This document shows, piece by piece, positions 18,825 to 30,286 of a stretch of 64,000 bases of DNA. The position numbers were made by a program, and so were the translations under genes. The stretch lies in NCBI GenBank assembly GCA_937625935.1, contig OW569385.1, positions 186,001 to 250,000 on the forward strand. The letters are read 5' to 3'. Position 1 is the first letter of the stretch. Each line of letters starts with the position of its first letter. The notes under the pieces were generated by a model, which saw only the letters and a program-made list of their open reading frames with translations, searched no databases and had not been told where the DNA came from. Origin of the DNA: Tetramitus jugosus (Eukaryota > Protista > Heterolobosea).

Positions 18825-20015
18825 ATGAACAACCAACAATCACCATCAACAGCCTCCGACTCATCCTCACATCATGACAGTAATAATTTAGCTGATAGTG
18901 CCGTGTTGGGTGTTGGATTCGGTCAAGTACAATACAGCATCGAAGAACGACAATTCCTACAGAATGAACTAGAACAAAAACTGGATCAAGACATGATTGC
19001 AAAGAGAGATGGTCCCAGTGGTAGCAAAGTACATTATATTGAAACATGGAAGGCCATTGCTCAAACAAATCGTCTATTTGGTTTCAATGGATGGAGCAGT
19101 AAGATTATGGAGATCAATTTGGATTTTATTGATCAGGTCAATGGTCGATTCACAGCAGGTGTCAGTGCAATTGTAAGAATAACGTTAAAGGATGGTAGTT
19201 TCAGAGAAGACATTGGCTATGGTATATCGGAGAATCAAAAACAAAAGGGAAAGGCTTTGGAACAGGGAAAGAAGAAGGCAGTGTCCGATGCACTCAAGAG
19301 AGCGTTGAAGGCATTTGGTCACGCATTGGGTCTATCTGTCTATGACAAGGATCATTTGAAAGAAGTGGAGAGAACTTCGAGGCTCAAGAGTCTAAAGGGT
19401 AACAACAACAACAGCAATGGTCCATCCGATGACGCCAAAGCAAAGAATCCACATTTCAATCAAACACCTGGTAGTCCACCAAAGAATTCATTTGCTCCCT
19501 CTGCTGGTATCGCGGCCAATATCAACACCATGACCTCTGCAGGCAATGCTCCCAAACTCACACGAGCTGTACAGGGACCAAAGGAAGAGCCACAAACACC
19601 TCAAGAGAACCATACACCACAACAGCAGAACACTCCTGTACAACCATCGCCACCAGTAGTTCAACGGTCTTTCCAATCTGTATCAAAACCAAACCAAGTC
19701 GGATCGAGTCCACAACAACAGAACACACCGCCTCAGCAAGTCAGGTCATTTGCACCACAACAAATTAACAGTGGTTCTCCTAATGGCAATGGCTCTCATC
19801 ATCCACAACAAGCCCAACCACAACAAACCAAGTCCTTTGCTCCACAGCAAACAACAGCTGCAGCTCAAGTAGGTCAAAGTGTGGGAAACTTTCCCAAACC
19901 GAGCTTTACCCAAACAGCAGGTCCTGTCGGACAACAACAGCAGGGAATTAAGAGACCACTGAACACCATGCCAACGAACAATGGCTTTGTAAACAAGAGA
20001 CCAAAATTGGATTGA
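18825..20015 (+). CDS. RAD52: DNA repair/recombination protein Rad52
   Basis: RDGPSGSKVHYIE; NRLFGFNGWSS; VRITLKDGSFREDIGYG; KKKAVSDALKRALKAFGHALG; Q/P-rich tail. Confidence 0.95.
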   Translation: MNNQQSPSTASDSSSHHDSNNLADSAVLGVGFGQVQYSIEERQFLQNELEQKLDQDMIAKRDGPSGSKVHYIETWKAIAQTNRLFGFNGWSSKIMEINLDFIDQVNGRFTAGVSAIVRITLKDGSFREDIGYGISENQKQKGKALEQGKKKAVSDALKRALKAFGHALGLSVYDKDHLKEVERTSRLKSLKGNNNNSNGPSDDAKAKNPHFNQTPGSPPKNSFAPSAGIAANINTMTSAGNAPKLTRAVQGPKEEPQTPQENHTPQQQNTPVQPSPPVVQRSFQSVSKPNQVGSSPQQQNTPPQQVRSFAPQQINSGSPNGNGSHHPQQAQPQQTKSFAPQQTTAAAQVGQSVGNFPKPSFTQTAGPVGQQQQGIKRPLNTMPTNNGFVNKRPKLD

Positions 20016-20206
20016 AAAGTTTTTATGACAAACTCCTTCTTTTTTCCCGATTCCGAAATGTCAGTCAAATGTCACCTCCAAGTCAATGAACTCTTATGAT
20101 GGAGCTGGTTCGTGTCCGCTGAAGAAATCGCCAAAGAACACACACCAGAAAAAAGGCAGCAACAACCGATTATCAAACATCAATTTAGCATCATCACATC
20201 ATCATC

Positions 20207-21308
20207 ATGGCAGATAAAAAAGCTCTTCAGTGCAAAGTTGTCGCAGTAGGCGGTATGTCCCTCATTTCACCAGCCGACATCCTTGTTGACCAACGCAATT
20301 TTATCATTCTTCATCTTCAGCTTCTTCTTGTTGTTTTCCTCAATTGCTGTTGGTTGTTGGCCATGTTTCCATTTTCTAACTTTTTTCTCCCTTATTGTGA
20401 TAATAGATGGTGCGGTTGGAAAAACATGTTTGCTCATTGTGTACGTGAACAACGAGTTCCCAACTGAATATGTACCAACTGTGTTTGAGACATGTATGTT
20501 GTTGTTTTCACATTTGTGTCTGTCTGTCTGTCTGTCACATGCGTATGTGTGTGGCACCAAACAAATGTGCATGTAACTAACCAACGTTTCCCTCTCTCTA
20601 TTGTTTGTCTTGTCGGTATTTCGCCATTTTCAACCGATGATTGTTGACTTGTGATGACGCGATAACAACATCAATGATGATGACAACAAAAACAACAACG
20701 ACTGCTACTACTACTATTATTTTTCTCGCTTTCGAAATGAAATCAACATTGTGTGACCGACCAACAATCATCATCATCAATTGATGCGAACCATTGCTAT
20801 TATCGTCTATCATTATCACCATCATCATTTTTGATTTCAACCCAAAAAAAAAGATGACGCACAAATCAAAGTCAAGAACAATGTCGTAAAGTTCTCTCTG
20901 TGGGATACAGCTGGACAGGAAGAATTCGATAAGCTTCGTTATCTCTCGTACAACAACACCAACGTCTTTGTTGTTTGCTTCAGTTTGGTCAGCAAGACAT
21001 CACTGAACAACGTTGCTACAAGATGGAAGAAGGAATTGGACCAGTATGCAAAGGGAGTGCCCATCATTCTCGTAGGAACAAAGGCTGATTGCAGAGACGA
21101 TCGGGAAGTGTTTGACAAGATGAAGAATGACGGAACAGCAGATGAACTGGTGACAGATGAAGAAGCAAGGAAGGTGGCAGCTCAGATTGGTGCTGCAGCT
21201 TATATGCCAACGAGTGCTCGATTGAAGAATGGTGTTCAGGAAGTGTTTGAAAAGTGCTTGGATCTCAAGTTCCAAAAACCAGCAAAGAAAGGATGCTACC
21301 TCATGTAA
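20207..21308 (+). CDS. Rho/Rac-family small GTPase, 3 exons (20207-20252, 20407-20493, 20854-21308)
   Basis: Spliced product: [45 protein letters not shown], CaaX CYLM. Confidence 0.93.
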
Positions 21309-21685
21309 AGAAAGCAAACTACAACAACAAAAAACAGTAGCAGAACCAGAACACACAAAGCACTCTCTTTCTCGGAACTGACAAGGCCCTTGGAATGGAA
21401 ACAAGGCTGGAAACAAACAACGAACCGAAACCCTGCATCACACCATATTCCAACAACAACAACAACGACCATCGCTGCAGACAAGTATATATAACAATAG
21501 CGAGCGATACTTCGAACAAAACCACAACATTAAAAACAATAGTACACAAATTGTTATCTTCAACCTGTCTGAGCCATCTTCTTCTTATTTGAAGTGTTTT
21601 GATTGGCGGGGATTCTTTTTGGCGCCTCCAACGATTTACAGAAACGACCTCAAAACATAAAAGCACAAAGAACCTAATAGAGAAA

Positions 21686-22756
21686 ATGGTAAGAATAACA
21701 GAGGAACTACTGAGAAAACGATCAGAACACAACGATGGTTGCTTGTCCAACTTGAAAGAGATTACTCTTCATCAGTACGATATCGAGAGGATTGAGTGCA
21801 TAGGAGACTATTGCAGAGAGCTGCAAATACTTTACCTTCAGAGCAATCTGATCGAAAGGATTGAAAACTTGCATCATTTAAAGGATCTAAGGTATTTGAA
21901 TATGGCTGTGAATTCTGTGAAAAGAATAGAGGGTCTCTCAAGCAACGAAATGCTTGAGAAATTAGACTTGACTGTGAATTACATCACCGATTTACTATCG
22001 GTAGAGAGCTTGAAAGTCAATTACGCCCTGAGAGATTTGTACTTGATGGGGAATCCTTGTACTTCATTCAAAGGATATCGACTCTTTGTTATTGAAACAC
22101 TGCCTCAACTCTTGAGGTTAGATGGTGAAGAAATCACTCAATCTGAAAGAATTTTAGCAAGACAATACTATGACAAAATAAGATTGGGAATCATTGTTCA
22201 GCAAAAGAAGCAAATGGAAGAAGATGAGGCTAAGAACAAAGGCCCTCAAATCGGACCCAATGGAGAACTCTTGTACGGAAATGATCCAGAATCCAGAAAG
22301 GCTAGTAAAACTGAGATCAATGAGCTTAGAGAGGACAGTAAAGCAGGAATTAGTAAGAGTGAAAGGGAGTCATATGACCCCAAGAGTTATGAGGAAATGT
22401 TTGGAAGGAGGAGAGCCATTGATATCACACCAGAAGAGGAAATTGAAAAGTATGGCAAAGTTTTGCAGCGAAATGAAGGAAAATGGAACTTCAAGATTGA
22501 AGAAACCAAAGACGAAATCGTGGTTGATATCCCCGCGGGCAAATATATGAACATGGCTTATATTGACATTGATGTTCAACCCACTTACCTCAGAGTGACC
22601 ATCAAGGGTAAGGTTCTCCAATTGAGACTAGAATGCGAAGTGAAGCCAGATGATAGTACTGCTCAAAGATCCCAGGTCACTGGTCACTTGAAAATTACGA
22701 TGCCAAAGGTGTCCAGCGATTCTCGATTGACTTACCACCTGAAGCAGCAGGAGTAA
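21686..22756 (+). CDS. DNAAF11: Dynein axonemal assembly factor 11 (LRRC6/TilB)
   Basis: MVRITEELLRKRSEHND; LRRs; LYLMGNPC; C-terminal CS domain DVQPTYLRVTIKGKVLQL..AQRSQVTGHLKITMPK. Confidence 0.95.
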   Translation: MVRITEELLRKRSEHNDGCLSNLKEITLHQYDIERIECIGDYCRELQILYLQSNLIERIENLHHLKDLRYLNMAVNSVKRIEGLSSNEMLEKLDLTVNYITDLLSVESLKVNYALRDLYLMGNPCTSFKGYRLFVIETLPQLLRLDGEEITQSERILARQYYDKIRLGIIVQQKKQMEEDEAKNKGPQIGPNGELLYGNDPESRKASKTEINELREDSKAGISKSERESYDPKSYEEMFGRRRAIDITPEEEIEKYGKVLQRNEGKWNFKIEETKDEIVVDIPAGKYMNMAYIDIDVQPTYLRVTIKGKVLQLRLECEVKPDDSTAQRSQVTGHLKITMPKVSSDSRLTYHLKQQE

Positions 22757-22856
22757 CTTGCTTCAAGAATCTGTCAAAAAACCAAATTTTTTTGGTGTTT
22801 GGTGACAAAAACAAACAACAACTGAAAAATCTATTAAGAAACCAAAGAAAAACGAC

Positions 22857-25800
22857 ATGCCCTCATCAGACGACGAATCTTCAGAAGAATACGAATATGA
22901 GGATGGTGATAACCGTGATGACGATGATGACGACGAGGACGATGATGATGACGATGAGTACAATGTAGAAGATGAACCGACGACTTGGAAAGAATATGAA
23001 CAGCATCAACAGTACGTGAAGCAAAAGGAGGCTGCTCTCAAACAGCAAAACTTGTTGCAAGGAAATGAAAATTCCAGTAAATCGGGAGGTGCTGTTGTCA
23101 ATGCAATCGAAGATCCGATGGGTATTACTCTGGACGGAAGAAGTTTTGCAAATCGAATGACTCAATGGGATGCACTGAAGCAACAACAGAAGAATATGGA
23201 GTCCATGAACAAGGATGTTTATATTTCAAAGGATAATTTCTCTGCTTCTCTGTTCTTGGCCTCTGTTCATCGACATACTCCCACTGAGGATTTATTGAAC
23301 AAGGGGAGAGACAATTTGATGAAGAATCAGAAACGACTCGAGTCAAAGATGAGAAAGCTGATTCAACAAAATTTGGCAAAGTTTATTGAAGCCAAAGACA
23401 GTTTGGACAAGATACACAAGACCAAGGACAGTAAATTTAAGGACAACTCTCTGCAGAGTATTCAGAATCAATTCAAGTCGCTGAATGATCAGTCCTCAGA
23501 GCTGTTCAATCCTTTGATTCGAGTGAAGAAGAGAGGAGAAGATATCAAGGAAGCGCTCACTGCCCTGAAAAAATATGGATTTGTTTTCAACTTGCCGACA
23601 AATATTGCTGAGAATATTGAAAAGAGAGATTACAAGAAAGTTGTAATGGACTACAACAAGTCCAAGTACTATAGAAGAAAGTGTACGGATGGAGTTACCG
23701 TGTTTAAGCCGATTTTTGACAGTGTAGATGAACAGGTGGATCGATTGAGAAATTTGTTGTTTGGTCAATTGGTATTGAAGGATGATGATCTATATTCAAA
23801 CAAATTATTGACAGATGAGCAAGAAAAAACAATTGGATATTTGAATGCGTTGGATAGTGATGTTGATCCCGCATGGTACTATGTGAATGAGTTGAGACTC
23901 TTTGCGTTGAGATTGTTTGACACCTGCGAGGAAGCTAATAGGAAGGAGCTTCACATTTTAAAACAACAGAAAGCTCAGCTACTCGTGTTAGAGAAGAGAT
24001 GGAAGCAGATTAGCGATATTGGAGATCAGAATCCACATCAAAAAGAAGAAGATTTTTTAATTGTAATTCCTGAGGATATCAATGAAAGCGAATTAATTTC
24101 GAGGAGTGATTTGGAAGTTGAAGGCATCAAACTTGTCAAAGGACTCTGTACAGTATTGAAGACAGTCCTCCCAAGTTTATGGACCTTGTGTAAGAATTTT
24201 CTATCTGGAAAGTACCAGAACAAGTCACAAAAGTATGACCTGAAGACAAAGAACAACATTCTTAAGATGCAAAACATACAATATGAAGCTGATATTGTCA
24301 TAATCTTCACAGAGATTATCGATACTTTTGCAACAAAAATTAGTGAGGCACTAGATGCAATTGATGGACAAACCGCTCATGAAACTGCATTGTGTCACGG
24401 AATATCTGAGGTTATTGACACATACGAATATTTAATACCTCTTATCCCTGCGCGTTACATGAACGAATTGCAGGAATTTGCTGATCTTAAACGTAGATGG
24501 GCAATTACTGAGTTGTGGAGTCGGACACACAGTGAAATAGCATGCTTCTACTCAATCGAGGATTGGTCAACCATCAGCGAGAGTCAAACGATAACAAAAC
24601 TTCCAATGAAATTCCAAGAATACGTGTTTAATACCATCAATATGTTGAAACCGTTTATCAGAGTCAGAGATAATTTGTTCAATGAGGTACACGACTACTT
24701 GGTTGGAGCAATATTAGCATTCGCTGATACTCTTCATGCATTGATATTCAACAACACAAAACCAGTTCATGGTCAACCAAAGCGTGTTCAAAGCTATGTG
24801 ACTCGAATGAACCAAAGAAAGAAGGAGAATGAACTTTTGTTACTCTTGTCTAATACTTATTATACGAAGACGGTGATTATTCCAGATCTAATATTTGCGT
24901 TTATAGCTGCCTTTAAGTATGCGAGTAATATCAGAAAAGAGGATGTGAACTCAACTCCATCTCAGGAGAAAGAAACAACAGAAGTGGAAGAAGCTGCAAA
25001 ATCTGAGTCTGATGAAGACTCGGATGATGATTCGAAATCTGACGCTTCAGACACAAGTAGTTCTAATCACTATTCAGATGAAGAAGACGAGGAAGCTGAT
25101 GAAAAAGAAGTAGAGAGTACCAACAGTTTATCAGAAAAAGAGATCGCAAAACTTGTGGCTCAGTTCCAAACACGCGAGGATTTTCAATATGTTCTCTCCA
25201 CTTATGACTCCCTTGTGAAGTTTGCCTTGGATTCATTTGTGAGACGCAAGGCAGCAATATTTAACACTTTGATTGAGAAGGGTTTCTTGTTGTCTGGTTA
25301 CAATTGGGCAAAGTCTCCTGAGCCAGAGATGGTGCGACCCTATGTCTTGGATATTCTCTTGGATCTTGCAGTGACTCACTCAAACATTGAGAGAATAACA
25401 TCAATACTGAATGAGACGACTGATTCATTGGGGAATCAACCCGCAGAGAGTACTTCATCCGCTAAGCAGAGCACAGCCTCTCAAAATTCTTTTGTTAAGA
25501 GGATATTCACAAAATTATTCGAGAGACTTGCAGAACTATTCTTTGAATATGTCAGAAATCTGCAAATGATCTCTGCCCATGGTGCTCTTCAGATTGATAT
25601 TGATGTTTCGTTTATCAGGAAGGCTCTTGGCAACTTTGAAACTCGCAGATCAAAGAGCATCTATCTTTCAATTATGAAGTACTTGCAGGATTGTTGGTCA
25701 CACAATAAGACTCACAAACTAAAGGAGCAAGTGCTGAATAAGACAACGAAAGAAACACAAGTCCAACTCGATTGCTTTAGTGCAAACAAACCTGCCTCGT

Positions 25801-25871
25801 CCATGATCGCAGCCAACTCTCTAACAAACAGACAACGAAGCATCGGTCTCTTGCGAATGACACACATGTAA
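22857..25871 (+). CDS. SEC5: Exocyst component Sec5/EXOC2
   Basis: NFSASLFLASVH; LIQQNLAKFIEAKDSLD; FVFNLPTNI..DYKKVVMDYNK; VRPYVLDILLDLAVTH; GALQIDIDVSF. Confidence 0.9.
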   Translation: MPSSDDESSEEYEYEDGDNRDDDDDDEDDDDDDEYNVEDEPTTWKEYEQHQQYVKQKEAALKQQNLLQGNENSSKSGGAVVNAIEDPMGITLDGRSFANRMTQWDALKQQQKNMESMNKDVYISKDNFSASLFLASVHRHTPTEDLLNKGRDNLMKNQKRLESKMRKLIQQNLAKFIEAKDSLDKIHKTKDSKFKDNSLQSIQNQFKSLNDQSSELFNPLIRVKKRGEDIKEALTALKKYGFVFNLPTNIAENIEKRDYKKVVMDYNKSKYYRRKCTDGVTVFKPIFDSVDEQVDRLRNLLFGQLVLKDDDLYSNKLLTDEQEKTIGYLNALDSDVDPAWYYVNELRLFALRLFDTCEEANRKELHILKQQKAQLLVLEKRWKQISDIGDQNPHQKEEDFLIVIPEDINESELISRSDLEVEGIKLVKGLCTVLKTVLPSLWTLCKNFLSGKYQNKSQKYDLKTKNNILKMQNIQYEADIVIIFTEIIDTFATKISEALDAIDGQTAHETALCHGISEVIDTYEYLIPLIPARYMNELQEFADLKRRWAITELWSRTHSEIACFYSIEDWSTISESQTITKLPMKFQEYVFNTINMLKPFIRVRDNLFNEVHDYLVGAILAFADTLHALIFNNTKPVHGQPKRVQSYVTRMNQRKKENELLLLLSNTYYTKTVIIPDLIFAFIAAFKYASNIRKEDVNSTPSQEKETTEVEEAAKSESDEDSDDDSKSDASDTSSSNHYSDEEDEEADEKEVESTNSLSEKEIAKLVAQFQTREDFQYVLSTYDSLVKFALDSFVRRKAAIFNTLIEKGFLLSGYNWAKSPEPEMVRPYVLDILLDLAVTHSNIERITSILNETTDSLGNQPAESTSSAKQSTASQNSFVKRIFTKLFERLAELFFEYVRNLQMISAHGALQIDIDVSFIRKALGNFETRRSKSIYLSIMKYLQDCWSHNKTHKLKEQVLNKTTKETQVQLDCFSANKPASSMIAANSLTNRQRSIGLLRMTHM

Positions 25872-26265
25872 TAAAAGGTAATGAAAGAATGAATAAAAGC
25901 AATCAAGAAGTTTATTGGATCAATCAAAGGAATAACGCAGTAAATCATACATACCTAAGATGATTGGCACAACAAACACAGAAAATCAGATGCAAGAAAG
26001 GCACGATCGTGTTTTCAGACGTACAGAAAAGAAACAAAACGACAGTATGCAAAGAAAAGAGATTTGAGGCACTGACTGCCCAGTTTTTCATATTGGATGG
26101 TGTTAGTTTGTTGTATGTCAGATGTGTGTGTTGTGCATGAACTAGCACATGTGTATCACCACACACTATCATTGCATAGCATCCAATATTTCTTCAGTAT
26201 CAGTTGTTGTTGTTGTTGTTGTTTCTTCAAAAAGTTTCAGAGAAAAACATGTTCCTCTGCTTTGA

Positions 26266-27117
26266 TCAGAGAGTAATCTTTCTCATTCCCTTGTCAATAT
26301 CAGTCAACTTGACCTTGATGTGTTGCACCAACAAATCAATGGCCACTCTGTTCGCACCACCTCTTGGAATAATGATATCAGCATACTTTTTTGTAGGCAT
26401 AATATAGTCATCAAACGATGGCTTCACAAAGGTTTCATACTGGGTCAACACACCGTCCAAATCTCTGCCTCTCTCCTTAATGTCTCTCCTGATTCTTCTC
26501 GCCAATCTCACATCAGCATCCGTGTCCACAAAAATCTTCATGTCCATCAACTCTCTCAACTCTTGAGAAAAAAAGATTAAAATTCCTTCAACGATAATGA
26601 CATCGGCAGGTGGCAATTGCTCAGTCTTGCCAATGACTCTAGAGTGAGTCTTAAAGTCATAGATTGGAATCTCAATGCCCTTGTTGTTATTGTTGCAACT
26701 GCCACTCTTAATCGTTCTCACCGTGTCTACAAAAATATCATAGTCGAACGCATTGGGATGATCAAAGTCATACTTGTTCTCCTTTGCAAGTCTCCTTGCT
26801 TCTTCTCCGAGAGACTTGTAAAAAGAGTCTTGTGAGATGATGACCACTCTCTTGCCAGCCAAATTGGCAACAATGTCCTGACACACTGTTGTTTTTCCAC
26901 TTGCACTGCCACCAGCAACACCAATAATGAATGGTTGTTGAGAGGAAGAGCCACCAAAGTTTACTTTGAGGGCTTGAAGGCGAGACAGTGTGTCATTGGT
27001 GTCATCTTCGAATGCTGAAAAGTGTTCATTGGAGAGTGAAGCATCAGTTGCCTTGTTGAGGCGTTGTTGATACTTGTGAAGGAATTCTGTGGTGCTGTAC
27101 TCTGGGAAGCTAGACAT
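26266..27117 (-). CDS. UCK: Uridine-cytidine kinase
   Basis: PFIIGVAGGSASGKTT P-loop; SQDSFY; YDFDHPNAFD; DVIIVEGIL; KIFVDTDADVRLARRIRRD; ADIIIPRG. Confidence 0.95.
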   Translation of the reverse strand: MSSFPEYSTTEFLHKYQQRLNKATDASLSNEHFSAFEDDTNDTLSRLQALKVNFGGSSSQQPFIIGVAGGSASGKTTVCQDIVANLAGKRVVIISQDSFYKSLGEEARRLAKENKYDFDHPNAFDYDIFVDTVRTIKSGSCNNNNKGIEIPIYDFKTHSRVIGKTEQLPPADVIIVEGILIFFSQELRELMDMKIFVDTDADVRLARRIRRDIKERGRDLDGVLTQYETFVKPSFDDYIMPTKKYADIIIPRGGANRVAIDLLVQHIKVKLTDIDKGMRKITL

Positions 27118-27421
27118 TTTGTTCAAGAGGGAATTGGGTGTGATTTGTGTGGTGGTGGTGGTGTGTTGTTTTCTTTCGTTTTTTTTACCAAGGGTTTCGT
27201 GCGCTTTTTTTTGGCTCTTGGAGAGGGGTGTGTGTGGCGGAAGCTCAGCCGGTGCATGATAGACGGGCGGACTTCATTTCTCCCGATGCACATGTTTGTT
27301 GAACGCGTTTGGGTCAAACTACAACGATGGGCATTGAGACATGATTGAACCGGTGTGGACTGCAAATGACTCCCCAGCCGCTGCACACTCTCACAACAGA
27401 GGGCATACGAGATGAACAACA

Positions 27422-28400
27422 TTAGACAGTATTAGGGTCTTCTTCTAAATCGTCTTTGGCACGAGAACGATTGTACACTGTTGTATCCTTGCCAAAGTAC
27501 TTGAAGCTTTTGATTAACCGTTGCCATCCATCATAGTAAATGGCCAAAGAGTACAGAGAGATGGCTTGAAACATGCTATTGATAAAAACAACTCTCGTGA
27601 AGAAGCTCTTTGGAGGAATCACGCTATACACTGCACATACAACAACAACAACCACAATCAAGAAATAAAGAGGGTTAAATCCACTAATCAACACATACAA
27701 CTCAACTCGCACAATCATTTCTCACATGTTTAAGGACAAAAACAACAAGGACACATACTGTACAGTCCAGCCAATCCTCCTGCCATATTGAGATGCTGTG
27801 TCGTTAGAGATACACCTTCAGAGCTCTTTCTGCAATACGTTTCCCACAATTGAGGCAAATGACTCACAATTTGACATATTGGTTTAATACAGTTTGTAAA
27901 AGCTAAAAAAAGGGAGAGTCAATATCAACAAACAATAAAGTATTTGCACTTGCAGTCGCCATAATCAACTTTTAAAGTGCAGAGAGATTACAACATCGAC
28001 ACACACACACACACACACACATAAAAGAGACAATATCCATGTGGGCATACGTACTCATTGATCCAGGCCACAAGATACCACACACGTACGGAATCCACGG
28101 TATAAAACAATAGAGCAAAAATATTTTTCTGTTCGTGAACAGTGTGAACTGAAACATGAAAATCAAGTGTTGTGCAATGTTGAACGCTCCATAGACAATG
28201 ACAGAGAACTCTTCTCCGTTCAATGCGCTATTGACTGCAAAATAAGAAGCACCAATGAGTTTGATCATAATGCCAGTTGTGTTGAATCCTTTGACACTCT
28301 TTCGCTTCCAATTGAGCCATGCTTGTGGCGCATATTGTACAGTGAAGCAAAATGTGGCAAAATATCCTGCGAGGGAAACTAATGGGTGCGCTTGATCCAT
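27422..28400 (-). CDS. PQ-loop membrane transporter, 3 exons (28400-28055, 27902-27759, 27630-27422)
   Basis: Two PQ motifs: QYAPQAWLNWKRKSVKG and HLPQLWETYCRKSSEGVS; both GT-AG introns preserve the frame. Confidence 0.85.
27999..28021. repeat. (AC)n microsatellite inside a PQ-loop gene intron
   Basis: Uninterrupted acacac run. Confidence 0.9.
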
Positions 28401-28525
28401 TTATAATTATAATTCACTCGTGATTTGATGTTGTTTGGTTTTTTGACTGGCTAGTGCTCGTTGTTGTTTGATTTCTCCCTTGAAAAAGCTTTTGGGAACC
28501 AAAAGCAACAACAGGACAAAACAAC

Positions 28526-30190
28526 ATGTCACTTGTTGGAAGGCCAATGGGAGAATCATGTACATGGAACGACCAAGGAGGAGAATGGATTCATCTTGTT
28601 GAAACAGATGACATCATGTGTTATCTCTCCTCATTCACCACTGCTCAATCCATGGGTCAATTAACTCGTTTGAATCGTGCTTCGTACCATGCTCTATGCA
28701 ACAATGAGGCAATGTGGAAGAATTTATTCTTGAATCATTTCCCCAGTAGTGTCATGGATCAAATTGTAACAAAGGACAATCAATTTGATGATGAATCAGA
28801 TGATGATGATGATGATGATAACAAGAAGAACAAGAAGGAGGAGAGCAATTGGTATCATTTGTTCAACAAGTATGGTAACAAGAGCATGCAAGTGTTGATT
28901 CAAATGAAGGGATCTGGTCTTCCGCTCAACTTTGGTGCATTCACTAGAAAAAAGATGTCCGAACGAGTGAAAATCGATATCAGAGCTCAGTACACTTGTC
29001 CTTCTCACATGTCCATTCCATGTAAGGTTCCATTAGATTCAAGGGCAGGCGTCATTTATGAAATTGAAGCAAGAGAAGGCACGTCAGACAAGGGCATGAA
29101 GGCATTGATGAAAGCATGTGAAGTTTATGGTTATCTACTCTATGGCAGTGATGCGTTGTCTGACAATATTTTTACAGAGATGACCGATGCGGAGCGAACA
29201 CTGTATGGAAGTAATGATTGCTTCGAGCCAGAAGCAATCGTAACACAGTGTGAGAGCGAACAACCGATTGAGGAGTTTGTTGAGAATTGGGACCTTGATA
29301 AATTAGATATTAGTGCAGAGGATCGACAAAGATACGAGGAAGAGATGAAACAAACAGATTCGAGATTGCCTATAGAGGTGGAAGCGGAAGAGCTGATGAA
29401 GCGTATGCGCAAGTCTGATGCACTACAACATGTGGAGCGATTCATCGATTGGATGATCAATGATTTTGACCTGGATGCTCTGAAGAGCAAGTACAGTGAA
29501 GATCAAACGGATGGATCCACGAGTTCTCTGTCTGATATCAAGCTGTATCGATCGAGTGAAAACTCAAACAAGTTTACAGTTTGTTACTTTTTGAACAACA
29601 ATTCAAAGAACCCCATTGAGACACTATTAGAGAGGAAGAGCAAACAACCCTTTGGTAGAGTGAGAAAAATTGATGAATCGGATGAAAATGGCAAGGATCA
29701 TTACTTTGGATTCCTCATGTATCCAGCCCGCAAATTCATCAAACAATTGTATACAATGCACACCAATCCGAAAAAGAAGAATAACGCCAAAGTTCTTAAG
29801 CGCACTATCTATCCCAAATGGAGAACGTTTACCATGGAGATGCACTTTGCTACCCAAGAATTCTTAGGAATAGGCCCCAGCAATATTTGTCCAAGAGCGT
29901 GGATGGACTGTGCATTGTTCATGATCCTTCAAAAATATATGAAAGGTATTCATTCCATGACAATGCATGAACGACTGGGATCTCAAATACGGTTCGAATG
30001 GGAAGAGCCTTTTCCTCTGACTGAACACATACGACAGATAGTTTCTGCTGCTCAATACTCTCACATCTCTCAAATGAACGGACGTCCCAACAGTGTGATT
30101 GCAGAGCTTATCGACGAAAGAATGAGAGATATTGAAGAGGAGGAAGAAGAGTTGCGAAAATCAGGAATCAGTGTGGAAATCACCGATTAA
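28526..30190 (+). CDS. F-box-like protein
   Basis: DIMCYLSSFTTAQSMGQLTRLNRASYHALCNNEAMWKNLFLNHF ... NWYHLF. Confidence 0.65.
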   Translation: MSLVGRPMGESCTWNDQGGEWIHLVETDDIMCYLSSFTTAQSMGQLTRLNRASYHALCNNEAMWKNLFLNHFPSSVMDQIVTKDNQFDDESDDDDDDDNKKNKKEESNWYHLFNKYGNKSMQVLIQMKGSGLPLNFGAFTRKKMSERVKIDIRAQYTCPSHMSIPCKVPLDSRAGVIYEIEAREGTSDKGMKALMKACEVYGYLLYGSDALSDNIFTEMTDAERTLYGSNDCFEPEAIVTQCESEQPIEEFVENWDLDKLDISAEDRQRYEEEMKQTDSRLPIEVEAEELMKRMRKSDALQHVERFIDWMINDFDLDALKSKYSEDQTDGSTSSLSDIKLYRSSENSNKFTVCYFLNNNSKNPIETLLERKSKQPFGRVRKIDESDENGKDHYFGFLMYPARKFIKQLYTMHTNPKKKNNAKVLKRTIYPKWRTFTMEMHFATQEFLGIGPSNICPRAWMDCALFMILQKYMKGIHSMTMHERLGSQIRFEWEEPFPLTEHIRQIVSAAQYSHISQMNGRPNSVIAELIDERMRDIEEEEEELRKSGISVEITD

Positions 30191-30286
30191 TGGTACTTGA
30201 GTTAACATGGTTGCATTCTGTTGCTAAGAAGGCCAACGAAATCAAGTATCCAATGTATCAATATTTGTCAGTTATTTTATTTATGT

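Noticed and set aside
20651-20850. Intronic C/D snoRNA suggested by a GTGATGA box
   Set aside because: No downstream CTGA D box; TGATGA is common in these repeats
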